From positions 1 to 30,692 of IMG/VR virus record IMGVR_UViG_3300042387_001262: a stretch of DNA of 30,692 nt; one strand, 5' to 3'. Origin of the DNA: a virus (taxonomy: Duplodnaviria > Caudoviricetes). This document shows, piece by piece, positions 5,302 through 14,794 of this stretch. Position numbers and translations under genes: made by a program. The notes under the pieces are model-generated. The model searched no databases. It was not told where the DNA came from and saw only the letters and a program-made list of their open reading frames with translations. The stretch's first letter is position 1. Each line of letters starts with the position of its first letter.

Positions 5302-6612
5302 ATGGCATCCCAACGCATCGACCTCGGCTACTCGCCCCGGGACTGGCAGCGCAAGGTTCACCGCGGCCTCAAGCGATTCTCGGTGGTGGTCATTCATCGG
5401 CGTGGTGGCAAGACCGTCATGGCCGTGATGGAGTTGGTCCACGCGGCGCTCAAATGCACCAAGCCCGAGGGGCAGTTCGGGTACGTCGGGCCACTGCTCA
5501 AGCAGACCAAGAAAATCGCGTGGCGCTACCTCAAGCGATTCAGCTTCCCCGTCCCCGGCATCAAGATCAACGAATCCGAACTGAGCGTCACGTTCCCCAA
5601 CGGGGCGACTATCACCTTGTTCGGCGCGGACAACCCGGACTCCCTGCGCGGACTCTACTTCGACGGCGTGGTGCTGGACGAGGTCGCCGACATGAAGCCC
5701 GAGACCTGGGGCGAGATCCTGCGACCGGCCATCGCAGACCGCCGCGGGTGGGCCATCTTCATCGGCACGGTGAAGGGCGTGAACCTGCTGAGCGAGAAAT
5801 ACTTCGAGGCCATCAACAACCCCGACGAGTGGTTCGCGGCGAACTACACCTGCTACCAGACCGACGCACTGAGCCCCGACGAGATTGAATCCATGCGCAA
5901 AGACATGAGTGAGAACCAGTTCCGACAAGAGATGCTGAACGACTTCAGTGCATCCAACCCCGACCAGTTGATTGCCTTCGAGACCGTGCAGGAAGCAGTG
6001 GGCAAGCACCTGCCGGCAAGCGATTACGAGCACTCACCGCGGATCCTGGGGGTGGACGTCGCACGCTACGGTGACGACAAGTCGGTCATCTTCGGTCGTC
6101 AGGGCCTCGTATCGTTCGAGCCTCAGGTGTACCAAGGGCTCAACAACATGGAGCTTGCGGCCAAGGTGGCGCAGGCGATTGTCGAGTGGAAACCGGACGC
6201 GGTGTTCATCGACGCGGGACGTGGCGAGGGGGTGATAGACCGTTTGCATCAACTCGGGCATGCTGTTGTGGGCGTGAACTTCGGTGGCTCACCGACTAAG
6301 CCCCAGTTCGTGAACAAGCGTGGGGAGATGTGGTTTGACATGAGTCAGTGGTTGAAAGCCGGTGCGTCGATTCCGAACATCCCGCAACTCAAGATCGAGT
6401 TGTGCGCCCCCACCTACAGCTACGCCAACGCGGCGAACAAGTTCGAACTCGAGAGCAAGGACGACCTCAAGAAACGCGGCCTGCCCTCACCGGACATCGC
6501 CGATGCCCTGGCACTGACCTTCGCGTTCCCCGTCGCTCCGTCACGCGGACCGGGGGCGAACCTGCACGCCGGTGGGCATGCGCTCACCGAGTACGACCCT
6601 TTCGCTGCTTGA
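5302..6612 (+). CDS. Terminase large subunit
   Basis: YSPRDWQ adenine motif, Walker A HRRGGKT, LRG..DGVVLDE Walker B, IGT coupling motif, RNase H-like GVDVARYGDD and SPDIADALAL. Confidence 0.96.
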   Translation: MASQRIDLGYSPRDWQRKVHRGLKRFSVVVIHRRGGKTVMAVMELVHAALKCTKPEGQFGYVGPLLKQTKKIAWRYLKRFSFPVPGIKINESELSVTFPNGATITLFGADNPDSLRGLYFDGVVLDEVADMKPETWGEILRPAIADRRGWAIFIGTVKGVNLLSEKYFEAINNPDEWFAANYTCYQTDALSPDEIESMRKDMSENQFRQEMLNDFSASNPDQLIAFETVQEAVGKHLPASDYEHSPRILGVDVARYGDDKSVIFGRQGLVSFEPQVYQGLNNMELAAKVAQAIVEWKPDAVFIDAGRGEGVIDRLHQLGHAVVGVNFGGSPTKPQFVNKRGEMWFDMSQWLKAGASIPNIPQLKIELCAPTYSYANAANKFELESKDDLKKRGLPSPDIADALALTFAFPVAPSRGPGANLHAGGHALTEYDPFAA

Positions 6613-6644
6613 CGGATACGCAACGCCCCCAACGATGGAATCAC

Positions 6645-7100
6645 ATGGCACTCACCTTCCAACGCGAGCGATTCACACCCGCACTGGGAGAGGAGGCACG
6701 TCCGCTGATCCAAGGGCACCACGAGGAGGTGAGCGGACCCATCGCAGACCTGCCGGCGAGGATTCCGTTCGAGCAATACGAAGCGCTCGAGAATGCGGAC
6801 CGTTTGCGGGTGTTCACTGCACGCCGGGACGCGATGCTCGTTGGGTACAACGTGTTCGCGATGGCGATTCACCACCAGCACGGTGTGCGCTGCGCATTCC
6901 ACGACACGCTTTTCCTGCACCCATCCGAGCGAAGGGGGACATCAGGCATGCGTTTCCTGCGCTTCTGTGACGAGCAACTGCAGGCCGATGGCGCGTTCTT
7001 CGTCACTCAGCACGTGAGCGCTGGAGTGAACATCAAGCCCCTGCTCGAGCGTATGGGCTATCAGGCAGCGGAGACGATTTACATCAAACGATTGAACTGA
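6645..7100 (+). CDS. GNAT-family acetyltransferase
   Basis: VFTARRDAMLVGY beta-hairpin, LFLHPSERRGTSG acetyl-CoA motif A, LLERMGY motif B; ATG at 6645. Confidence 0.8.
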   Translation: MALTFQRERFTPALGEEARPLIQGHHEEVSGPIADLPARIPFEQYEALENADRLRVFTARRDAMLVGYNVFAMAIHHQHGVRCAFHDTLFLHPSERRGTSGMRFLRFCDEQLQADGAFFVTQHVSAGVNIKPLLERMGYQAAETIYIKRLN

Positions 7101-7102
7101 CT

Positions 7103-7408
7103 ATGGGACTTGAAACAGCAACTCTAATCGCATTGGCAGCAGGCACCGTTGCTGGTGGTGGCGCTGCAATGATCGCGGCAAACCAGAACAAGCCGAACAT
7201 CCCGAAGAGCCCGGGTGACCCCGGGCTGAAGAACCAGGACGACATCGCCACCAACGCCCAGTCGCGTCAGGACCGGGCACGCAAGCAGGCGCTCGCTGCC
7301 ACCGGTCGCACCGACACCATCCTGACGGGCTCACAAGGCCTGGGCGGGAACGGTCAGCAGCAGCAGCAGAACTTCCAGAACATGGGGAAAACCCTCCTCG
7401 GCCAGTAA
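7103..7408 (+). CDS. Small virion-associated protein preceding the portal
   Basis: MG start, Ala/Gly hydrophobic N-terminus, GRTDTILTG..G and C-terminal KTLLGQ typical of the pre-portal gene in this phage group. Confidence 0.7.
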   Translation: MGLETATLIALAAGTVAGGGAAMIAANQNKPNIPKSPGDPGLKNQDDIATNAQSRQDRARKQALAATGRTDTILTGSQGLGGNGQQQQQNFQNMGKTLLGQ

Positions 7409-7411
7409 CGC

Positions 7412-9076
7412 ATGGAGACTAAACGCCAGCAGCTAGAGAAGATGCGCATGATGCTCCGCACGGAGCGTGAGTCGTTCATGCCGCACTGGCGTGACCTGTC
7501 CGACTATGTGATGCCCCGCCGCGCACGCTACACCATCGCCGAGCGCAACAAGGGGGACCGGCGCAACAAGAAGATCATCGACTCCACCGCGACGCTCGCC
7601 ATGCGAAACCTCATGGCCGGGATGATGTCGGGGCTCACATCCCCTGCACGCCCGTGGTTCTCGCTCACCACGCCCGACCCAGGACTCGCCGAGTTCGGGC
7701 CGGTCAAATCGTGGCTCGACGATGTGACCAAGCGGATGCGCACGATCTTCCTCAAGTCGAACCTCTACAACGCACTGCCGCTGCTCTACTGCGACCAAGG
7801 CCTGTTCGGCACCTCGGCCATGGCAGTGCTCGAGGATGACCAGGACGTGATCCGCTGCTACTCGTTCCCCATCGGTTCGTACTGCCTGGCGCAGTCACAC
7901 CGGCACACCGTGGACACCTTCGTGCGCGAGTACGCGATGACGGTGCGACAACTGGTGCAGCGCTTTGGCTTGGAGAACTGCTCCCGCTCGGTTCAAGACC
8001 AGTACAACAACGGCAACATGGAGACGTGGATCGACGTGGCGCACATGATCCACCCCAACGAGGATCACGACCCGGAGAAGCTACACGCCAAACACAAGCG
8101 CTTCTCCTCCTGCTACTGGGAACTGGGCTCGGACGAAGAGGGCAAGTTCCTCGACGAGTCTGGGTTCGACGAGTTTCCGGTCATGGCTCCGCGGTGGAAC
8201 TTGACCGGCGAGGACGTCTACGGGCACTCCCCGGGGATGGACGCACTCGGGGACATTCAGCAACTGCAGGCGATGCAACGTCGCATGATTCAGAGCATCG
8301 ACAAGATGGTGAACCCGCCGATGGTGGCGCCAACCAGCATGCAGAACAAGAAAGCCTCGCTGCTGCCTGGCGACATCACCTACGTGGACACCACGCAGGG
8401 CTCGACCGGGTTCAAGCCGGCGCACGAGATTCGCATGCCCCTGCAGGAGTTGAGCGTGCTCGTCAACGAGACGCAGATGCGCATCAAGCGGTGTTTCTAT
8501 GAGGACCTCTTCCTCATGCTCGCCAACTCCGACCGGCGCCAGATTACCGCACGCGAGATCGAGGAGCGGCACGAGGAGAAGCTTCTGATGCTGGGGCCCG
8601 TGCTCGAGCGGCAGAACGAGGACCTGCTCGACCCGCTGATCGACCGCACGTTCGCCATCATGCTTCGCCGGGGTGAGGTGCCTGCGCCCCCGCCCGAAAT
8701 CTCGGGGCAGGAGCTCAAGGTCGAGTACATCAGCATCATGGCGCAGGCGCAAAAGCTTGTGGCCACTGCCGGCCTCGAGCGCTTCGTCGGGTTCGTCGGT
8801 AACCTCGCCGCGGCCAAGCCTGACATCGCCGACAAGCTCGACTTCGACCAGGTCGTTGACGAGTACTCCGACATGCTCGGGGTGCCACCGAAGATCGTCC
8901 GCGCAGACGAAGAGGTGGCCAAGATCCGTGAAGGGCGTGCGCAACAGATTGCCGCGCAGCAACGCGCCGAGCAACTGCAGCAGATCGCGCAGGGGGCCAA
9001 GCTTCTCTCCGAGACCGACATGAACGGTGATTCAGCGCTCACGCGCATGGCAGCAGCGCAAGGAGGGATGCGATGA
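7412..9076 (+). CDS. Portal (head-tail connector) protein
   Basis: 554 aa; IIDSTAT.A...L.AGMMSGLTSPARPWF, RW...GEDVYG.SPGM.AL.D, TAREI.ER.EEKL..LGPVLER. Confidence 0.95.
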   Translation: METKRQQLEKMRMMLRTERESFMPHWRDLSDYVMPRRARYTIAERNKGDRRNKKIIDSTATLAMRNLMAGMMSGLTSPARPWFSLTTPDPGLAEFGPVKSWLDDVTKRMRTIFLKSNLYNALPLLYCDQGLFGTSAMAVLEDDQDVIRCYSFPIGSYCLAQSHRHTVDTFVREYAMTVRQLVQRFGLENCSRSVQDQYNNGNMETWIDVAHMIHPNEDHDPEKLHAKHKRFSSCYWELGSDEEGKFLDESGFDEFPVMAPRWNLTGEDVYGHSPGMDALGDIQQLQAMQRRMIQSIDKMVNPPMVAPTSMQNKKASLLPGDITYVDTTQGSTGFKPAHEIRMPLQELSVLVNETQMRIKRCFYEDLFLMLANSDRRQITAREIEERHEEKLLMLGPVLERQNEDLLDPLIDRTFAIMLRRGEVPAPPPEISGQELKVEYISIMAQAQKLVATAGLERFVGFVGNLAAAKPDIADKLDFDQVVDEYSDMLGVPPKIVRADEEVAKIREGRAQQIAAQQRAEQLQQIAQGAKLLSETDMNGDSALTRMAAAQGGMR

Positions 9077-9369
9077 ATGCCGCTGATCCACAGAAGGTTG
9101 CCGAGGTCGAAGCCAAGCTCAAGCGCAAGGCCAATGTCGAAGAAGACGACCTGCGCTTTGTCATGTCCACCCCGCAAGGCCGGCGCGTGCTCTGGCGCGT
9201 GCTCTGCAATACCGGCATGCGCCGCTCAAGCTACACCGGCAACTCCGAGACCTATTTCCGTGAGGGCGAGCGCAACGTGGGGCTTCGCCTGCAGCAGGAG
9301 ATCGAGCGCATCGCGTTCGACGAGTATCTGCTGATGCTCAAAGAAGCACGTTCTCACGAGTCCGCCTGA
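9073..9369 (+). CDS. Bbp19-like head-associated protein
   Basis: DL.FVMSTPQGRRVLWRVL...G...TYFREGERNVGL; post-portal position. Confidence 0.8.
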   Translation: MNAADPQKVAEVEAKLKRKANVEEDDLRFVMSTPQGRRVLWRVLCNTGMRRSSYTGNSETYFREGERNVGLRLQQEIERIAFDEYLLMLKEARSHESA

Positions 9370-9377
9370 GTTTGTGG

Positions 9378-9409
9378 TGGACGATTCTGACTCCATGTTC
9401 CCACGCTGA
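9378..9409 (+). promoter_or_regulatory. Putative late promoter TGGACG-N18-CACGCTGA (copy 1)
   Basis: Same boxes and spacing as 15753-15784; ATG 7 nt after CACGCT. Confidence 0.6.
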
Positions 9410-9414
9410 AAATC

Positions 9415-9702
9415 ATGGCATCCGCGGTCATTCCCAAGACGAACGCTCAGGATGGGTCCACGGCTGGACCCGAAGCCGCTGCCCTGCAGATTGGCGAGAT
9501 TGCGAGCAACCGCACCACGGGAAAGATCTACATGCGCAAGGACGGCGACACGCTCGCATCGTTCAAACCCGTCGAGGATTTGGTAGTCGCTGACGTGGCG
9601 GGAGCAGCACCACTTAACTCACCCGCTTTGACTGGCACACCGACAGTCAACGGTCAACCTGTTCTGAAGAACGGTGACCAGTTAACCGGTGGAACCTACT
9701 GA
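9415..9702 (+). CDS. Short fibre/decoration protein with a shared N-terminal attachment domain
   Basis: IPKTN..GS...P....LQIGEIASN...GKIY; APLNSPALTGTPT fibre motif; ends GGTY. Confidence 0.75.
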   Translation: MASAVIPKTNAQDGSTAGPEAAALQIGEIASNRTTGKIYMRKDGDTLASFKPVEDLVVADVAGAAPLNSPALTGTPTVNGQPVLKNGDQLTGGTY

Positions 9703-9713
9703 GAGAAAACAAC

Positions 9714-10661
9714 ATGGCTAACCCCATCATCCCAAAAACAAACGGTACGCAAGGATCAACGAACGTACCTTCATCCAGCGATCTGCAGATCGCCGAAATC
9801 GCGTCCAACGCGTTTCTCGGTCGTCTGTTCCTCAAGACAGAAGACCACTCCGTCAAGGAGTTCAAGGCAGTCTCCGACATCGCACCCAGCGACATCGGCG
9901 CGGTGGCTTCCTCGAGCGTTGGTCAGGCCAACGGTGTAGCACCGCTCGACGGCAGTGCGAAGATCGACTCAAGCTACCTGCCCTCCTATGTCGATGACGT
10001 GGTGGAGTTTGCCAACGTCGCCTCGTTCCCCTCCCCTGGGGAGACCGGCAAGATCTATGTGTCAACGGACGAGAACGTCTCCTACCGCTGGAGCGGTTCG
10101 CAGTACGTTGCCATCATCTCTGGTGGCGCTCCGACCGGCAACGCCGGCGGGGACTTGGGCGGGACGTACCCGAACCCCACGGTCACCGGGCTCCAAGGCG
10201 AGTTGGTGTGGTCCACGACCCCTTCGACCGGGCAAGCGCTCGTGTACGACGGGTCAGGATGGGGACCGCAGACGCTGAGCTTCCCTGACACGGGGATGAC
10301 AGAACTGAGCGGGGACGTGAGCGCCTCGGGCAGTGGATCGGTGTCCGCTACGGTCACCAAGATCCAGGGCCAGACGGTGTCCTCGAGCGCTCCTTCCAGC
10401 GGACAGGTCCTCGCGTGGGACGGTGCGCAGTGGGTGGCGACAACGCCTCAGAACTTCATCGACACGGGCATCACCGAGCTCACGGGCGACGTGACGGCAT
10501 CGGGCAATGGTTCGCAATCGGCTTCGGTTGTGGCCTTGCGCGGCGTTGGGATCTCCTCGACCGGTCCTTCGAGCGGACAAGCGCTCGTGTATGACGGCTC
10601 CGGCTACGCTCCGACGAGCGTGGTGAAAGAGGGCGACGTCATCTCTGGCGGAACCTACTAA
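9714..10661 (+). CDS. Fibre protein with a shared N-terminal domain and three ~50-aa repeats
   Basis: Same N-terminus; GVAPLD..AKI...LPSYVDDV; three GD(L/V)...P.(S/T)GQ(A/V)L.(Y/W)DG repeats; ends GGTY. Confidence 0.8.
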   Translation: MANPIIPKTNGTQGSTNVPSSSDLQIAEIASNAFLGRLFLKTEDHSVKEFKAVSDIAPSDIGAVASSSVGQANGVAPLDGSAKIDSSYLPSYVDDVVEFANVASFPSPGETGKIYVSTDENVSYRWSGSQYVAIISGGAPTGNAGGDLGGTYPNPTVTGLQGELVWSTTPSTGQALVYDGSGWGPQTLSFPDTGMTELSGDVSASGSGSVSATVTKIQGQTVSSSAPSSGQVLAWDGAQWVATTPQNFIDTGITELTGDVTASGNGSQSASVVALRGVGISSTGPSSGQALVYDGSGYAPTSVVKEGDVISGGTY

Positions 10662-10674
10662 GCCGCGACAGTTT

Positions 10675-10709
10675 GCCGGTCCCACCTTCCACGGGTGGGG
10701 CCGGTATTT
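10675..10709 (+). terminator. GC-rich hairpin, possible partial terminator
   Basis: GCCGGTCCCACC-TTCCACG-GGTGGGGCCGGT followed by ATTT. Confidence 0.5.
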
Positions 10710-10729
10710 GAACCGAACTTCTTCAAGCC

Positions 10730-12838
10730 ATGCCGACCAATCCGATCATCCCCAAGAGAAACTCAACCGCAGGCAGCGCCACGGGCCCGCAGGCATCGGC
10801 ATTGCAACTGGGTGAAATCGCATCCAACACTTTCACGGGCAAGCTGTACATCAAGAAGGAAGACGGCACGGTCGGTGAGATCAGCGGCAGCACGTTCACC
10901 CCGACCCTCACCAGCATCACGGGCAACGGGTCCACCACAACTTTCAGCCTCAGCGGCTACTCGAGCAACGACCCAAAAAGCTACCTCGTCGTGCTCGGCG
11001 GCGTGCCTCAATCCCCTGACGGCACCGCGTACACCATCAGCAACGGGCAGATCGTTTTCTCGAGCGCACCGGCAAACGGTGTCACGGGCTTCATCGTTGG
11101 CTACCAGGCCAACGTCACGCCCAGCAGCAACTTCGCCACCGAGACCAAGACCGCCACCGCTGGGCAGACGGTGTTCACCCTCACCTCGGCCACCTACACC
11201 CCGAGCAGCGGGTCGCTTCGCGTGTTCCGCAACGGTCTCCTGCTCACCCCGGGCGACGATTACGCCGAGACCAACTCGAGCACGATCACGCTCACCTCTG
11301 GCGCCACGGTGAGCGACCAGTTTATCTTCCTGGTGGGACGCATCGCGAACGACTCCACGGTGTACCAACTGGGTGCAACCGGATCCATCTCACGCGGGGT
11401 AGCCTCGAAGCTCGGCGATGTCGTATCGGTAAAGGACTTCGGTGCGGTCGGTAACGGCACTACGGACGACACCGCGGCAATCCAGGCGGCGATTGATGCG
11501 CTTGGAACAGCCGGCGGCACCGTGACGATTGGGAACGACGGCAAGTATTTGGTTGGCTCGTCGCTGACAATCAAGGCCAAGGTGCGGTTGAAAGGGGAAT
11601 GGAGGAATCCAGACACCGTAGGGACGGCGAACGCACAGACATTTAGCACTGCCGGGTCCTGTATACGTCTCGCCTCGTCTGCGACGATTAACATGCAGCA
11701 AGGGGCTTCGATAGAGGATCTACTCATCTATCGAAACGGAATGACCTTCCCGGTTGAGAGCGGCACTGGCTATGCCGGAACGGCAATCACGGCGACAGGC
11801 AGTTCTGCGTCGCTCAGGAACTTGCTGGTGATGGGCTTCAACAAGCTATTTTATGGGCCAGGACAACGGCACGTTATCGACCGGGTGTACGGGGACAATA
11901 ACAACGGGATCGAGATCACGAACTCTCCCGACGTTTGCTACATCTCAAACTGCCACATGTGGCCGTTCGCCTCGGACACTACGATCTACCCGAGCACCGG
12001 AACCTACCGTTCGGGAATCGCTTATTACTCGCACGACACAGCAGACTGGGTAAAGTTCACCAACTGCTTCTCATACGGGTACAAGACTGGGTTCAAGATC
12101 TACAACGCGAACTCAAACACACTGATTGGTTGCGGCACGGATCAGAACTTCAATGTCACAGCCACCCACACCGATAGCATTGGGTTTGACATCAGCGGAA
12201 ACGCTAACGACACCAAACTGATTGGGTGTCAATCTGCCGCGTGCTGGTACGGCATCGTTGTTAATACCATCGCAAGTCAGAGCACCTTCATCGACTCGTT
12301 CTCCACGTGGTATCCAAAAGTTGCCGGCATCTATGTTCAGCAAGGGCGAGTTTCAATCGCTGGAGGAACAATCCGCAACACGGACTTGGGTATCTCGACC
12401 GACAATGCCTCTTCTGTGATTCACGTTGCCAACGTGAAGTTCAACGACATCGCAACCAGGCCGATCTATTCGTCCGTCGCAAACAGCACGATCTTTGTGT
12501 CCGAATGCAACTTCGGAAACTTCGCTTCCACCAGCGGCGGCGCGCTGGGATACAACACGACTGCTCAAGTCATCGCGTCGTCAGATCCACTTGTCATCCC
12601 AATGACCGGGAATGTGTTCCGAGTCTCTGGGACAACTGCGTTCGGTTCGATGAGATGGGGATGGATGGGCAGAGAGGTCACCCTGATCTTCAATGGTTCC
12701 CTAACCGTCTATTCTGCAATCTCTACCAACCAGAACATGCGCCTCTCTGGAGGAGCTAACTTCTCGGCATCGGCGAACACATCACTGACGTTAAAGCACG
12801 ATGGAGTTCAATGGTACGAAACCGGACGCAGCGCATAG
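10730..12838 (+). CDS. Tailspike/fibre with a pectate-lyase-like beta-helix (putative depolymerase)
   Basis: Shared N-terminal domain, two beta-rich linker domains, VSVKDFGAVGNGTTDDTAAIQAAID pectate_lyase_3-type start, beta-helix repeats. Confidence 0.85.
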   Translation: MPTNPIIPKRNSTAGSATGPQASALQLGEIASNTFTGKLYIKKEDGTVGEISGSTFTPTLTSITGNGSTTTFSLSGYSSNDPKSYLVVLGGVPQSPDGTAYTISNGQIVFSSAPANGVTGFIVGYQANVTPSSNFATETKTATAGQTVFTLTSATYTPSSGSLRVFRNGLLLTPGDDYAETNSSTITLTSGATVSDQFIFLVGRIANDSTVYQLGATGSISRGVASKLGDVVSVKDFGAVGNGTTDDTAAIQAAIDALGTAGGTVTIGNDGKYLVGSSLTIKAKVRLKGEWRNPDTVGTANAQTFSTAGSCIRLASSATINMQQGASIEDLLIYRNGMTFPVESGTGYAGTAITATGSSASLRNLLVMGFNKLFYGPGQRHVIDRVYGDNNNGIEITNSPDVCYISNCHMWPFASDTTIYPSTGTYRSGIAYYSHDTADWVKFTNCFSYGYKTGFKIYNANSNTLIGCGTDQNFNVTATHTDSIGFDISGNANDTKLIGCQSAACWYGIVVNTIASQSTFIDSFSTWYPKVAGIYVQQGRVSIAGGTIRNTDLGISTDNASSVIHVANVKFNDIATRPIYSSVANSTIFVSECNFGNFASTSGGALGYNTTAQVIASSDPLVIPMTGNVFRVSGTTAFGSMRWGWMGREVTLIFNGSLTVYSAISTNQNMRLSGGANFSASANTSLTLKHDGVQWYETGRSA

Positions 12839-12844
12839 CACCAC

Positions 12845-12910
12845 ATGAACGCCCAACACAACCCGCCGCCCATTGACATCGACATGCTCTGGTTCGACCC
12901 ACGGAACTGA
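12845..12910 (+). CDS. 21-aa micro-ORF, copy 1 (MNAQHNPPPIDIDMLWFDPRN)
   Basis: Duplicated at 14428-14493 with mostly synonymous differences. Confidence 0.55.
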   Translation: MNAQHNPPPIDIDMLWFDPRN

Positions 12911-12940
12911 GCGACACGGCAACAAGCATAACGACAACCT

Positions 12941-14392
12941 ATGAGCAAAGCATTTAATAACGCCACCAAGCTGAACAAACTTGTCAGCGTCACCGACTTC
13001 GGGGCGAAAGGCGACGGGGTCACGGACGACACAGCGGCGATTCAGGCTGCGATTGATTCACTAGGGGTCGCTGGCGGCACTGTTGTGATTCCAAACGGCA
13101 TGAGATGCGTCTTGGACTCTACCTTAGTTGTAAAGCCAAACGTCGGAGTTCAAGGCCCACATTTGTATGTAGGCAGCCCGCAGGACAACTCGTCTGCCAA
13201 CTACAGTCTTGTGGGCGGATCGCTCATCTTGAGCGGAACGCAAACGATTTCGATGAAAGGCGGAGCGTCTCTGTCTGGTCTGTTGATTTACAGAAAAGGG
13301 ATGACGTTCCCTCAGACCAGCGTGTCTGCATGGGTTGGTACTGCAATCACAGCAGATGGTGATGACGTTGTTGTCAACAACTGCATGATCCTTGGATTTG
13401 ACAAGGGTTTCTACTCGTATGGCCATCAACGTCCGCGTTTAACAAGTGTCTACATGGACAATGTCAACTGCGTCGAAATCGCCGAGTGCTATGACATTGC
13501 ATACATTCTCCAGTGCCACTGCTGGCCGTTTGCAACCATTGCAAATGGAACTCCTTTGATACGCCCCGGCACGGCATACCATTTTCATGATGGAGGAGAC
13601 TGGAACAAGATTACAAACTCCTTTTCATACGGATACCTTCGTGGCTTGTTCATTTCTAATGCCAACTCAATAACAGCTACAGGATGCGGGTTCGATAACG
13701 TTCCCGGAGGCCATCCAAACTCCATTGGCATTAGCGTTGCAAACGGATGCGAAGACATAAAGCTACTTAGTTGCCAAACGGCTGGGCAAGCTACTGCCGG
13801 GGTGTTCATCAACAACGCGTCTGGTTCAATTCCGCTTGTCACATTTATTCAGAACCACAGCGCGTGGGGAGGATCTTCTCACGGAGTTTTGATTTACGGT
13901 GGTGATGCAATCATTAACGGATGTTCAATTCGTGATGTGACAAATGTGGTTAGCGTTACAAGCTCAGCCTCAAGAGTCATGTTGGATAATTCTTGGGTCA
14001 AAGGCATTGCCTCAACGATAGTAAACGCAACGGTTGCGACGTCAAATGTTGTATTGGGCAACGGGAATGTCTATACAAACTTTGGCGGAGATCCAACTAG
14101 CAATTTGAGTTTAGCGTCTGTTGCAAGTGCTAGTGTTCTACTGCTTCCAAACACAAACTCGGCGTTTCACATCACCGGAACAACCAACATCGGAACACTT
14201 CTTCACGCATGGCCAGGAAGAGTTGTTACGTTGCTGTTTACCAATAACCTGACTGTCTTGCACAGCGGCCCAGGAACCGTTGGATGTATGCAGTTAAACA
14301 ACAATGCAAACTTTTCAGCTCAAAATGGAAGCTCGCTAACCTTAATCGGAGTCGGCGGCGAAGAGTGGATTGAAATCGGGCGATCCGTATAA
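12941..14392 (+). CDS. Second pectate-lyase-like tailspike, lacking the anchor domain
   Basis: VSVTDFGAKGDGVTDDTAAIQAAID; colinear with the C-terminal part of 10730-12838 (LLIYR.GMTFP, CH.WPFA, DW.K.TN.FSYGY, W.E.GRS); lower GC. Confidence 0.85.
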   Translation: MSKAFNNATKLNKLVSVTDFGAKGDGVTDDTAAIQAAIDSLGVAGGTVVIPNGMRCVLDSTLVVKPNVGVQGPHLYVGSPQDNSSANYSLVGGSLILSGTQTISMKGGASLSGLLIYRKGMTFPQTSVSAWVGTAITADGDDVVVNNCMILGFDKGFYSYGHQRPRLTSVYMDNVNCVEIAECYDIAYILQCHCWPFATIANGTPLIRPGTAYHFHDGGDWNKITNSFSYGYLRGLFISNANSITATGCGFDNVPGGHPNSIGISVANGCEDIKLLSCQTAGQATAGVFINNASGSIPLVTFIQNHSAWGGSSHGVLIYGGDAIINGCSIRDVTNVVSVTSSASRVMLDNSWVKGIASTIVNATVATSNVVLGNGNVYTNFGGDPTSNLSLASVASASVLLLPNTNSAFHITGTTNIGTLLHAWPGRVVTLLFTNNLTVLHSGPGTVGCMQLNNNANFSAQNGSSLTLIGVGGEEWIEIGRSV

Positions 14393-14427
14393 GCGGATCA
14401 CACGCAGGCAGCATCATCAAGCATCCT

Positions 14428-14493
14428 ATGAACGCCCACCAAAATCCACCACCCATTGACATCGACATGCTCTGGTTCGACCCACGCAACTGA
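14428..14493 (+). CDS. 21-aa micro-ORF, copy 2 (MNAHQNPPPIDIDMLWFDPRN)
   Basis: See copy 1; CCTATG start context like the other late genes. Confidence 0.55.
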   Translation: MNAHQNPPPIDIDMLWFDPRN

Positions 14494-14494
14494 C

Positions 14495-14791
14495 ATGCAC
14501 CACCTCGCTCACTCCCTTATCGCTCTCGCCATCCAGTCCGTCATCGCAATCGCGACCGGCAACTGGTGGACCGGCGCTGCCGCGGGGTCGGCCTACTTTG
14601 TGGGGCGCGAGTACGCCCAAGCGGAGTATCGCAACATCGAGCACCACTACGGTGGGCGCCGAGCGAACATGCCCTTCTGGGGCGGGATGCAGGCCCGGGC
14701 GTGGACGCTCAAGGGCATCACAGACTTCGTGCTGCCGACACTCGCGGTGATCGGCACAGCACTCTTAGCCAGGAGATTCAACCACCACTGA
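14495..14791 (+). CDS. Small membrane protein (98 aa)
   Basis: ATG at 14495; hydrophobic N- and C-terminal segments around a GREYAQAEYR core. Confidence 0.7.
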   Translation: MHHLAHSLIALAIQSVIAIATGNWWTGAAAGSAYFVGREYAQAEYRNIEHHYGGRRANMPFWGGMQARAWTLKGITDFVLPTLAVIGTALLARRFNHH

Positions 14792-14794
14792 TTC

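Noticed and set aside
12845-14493. 66-bp repeat near tail fibres as a DGR or invertase crossover site
   Set aside because: Direct orientation, changes confined to third codon positions rather than adenines, and no RT or invertase seen.
14495-14791. Holin call for the small membrane protein
   Set aside because: No endolysin or spanin nearby and no specific holin motif; left as a membrane protein.
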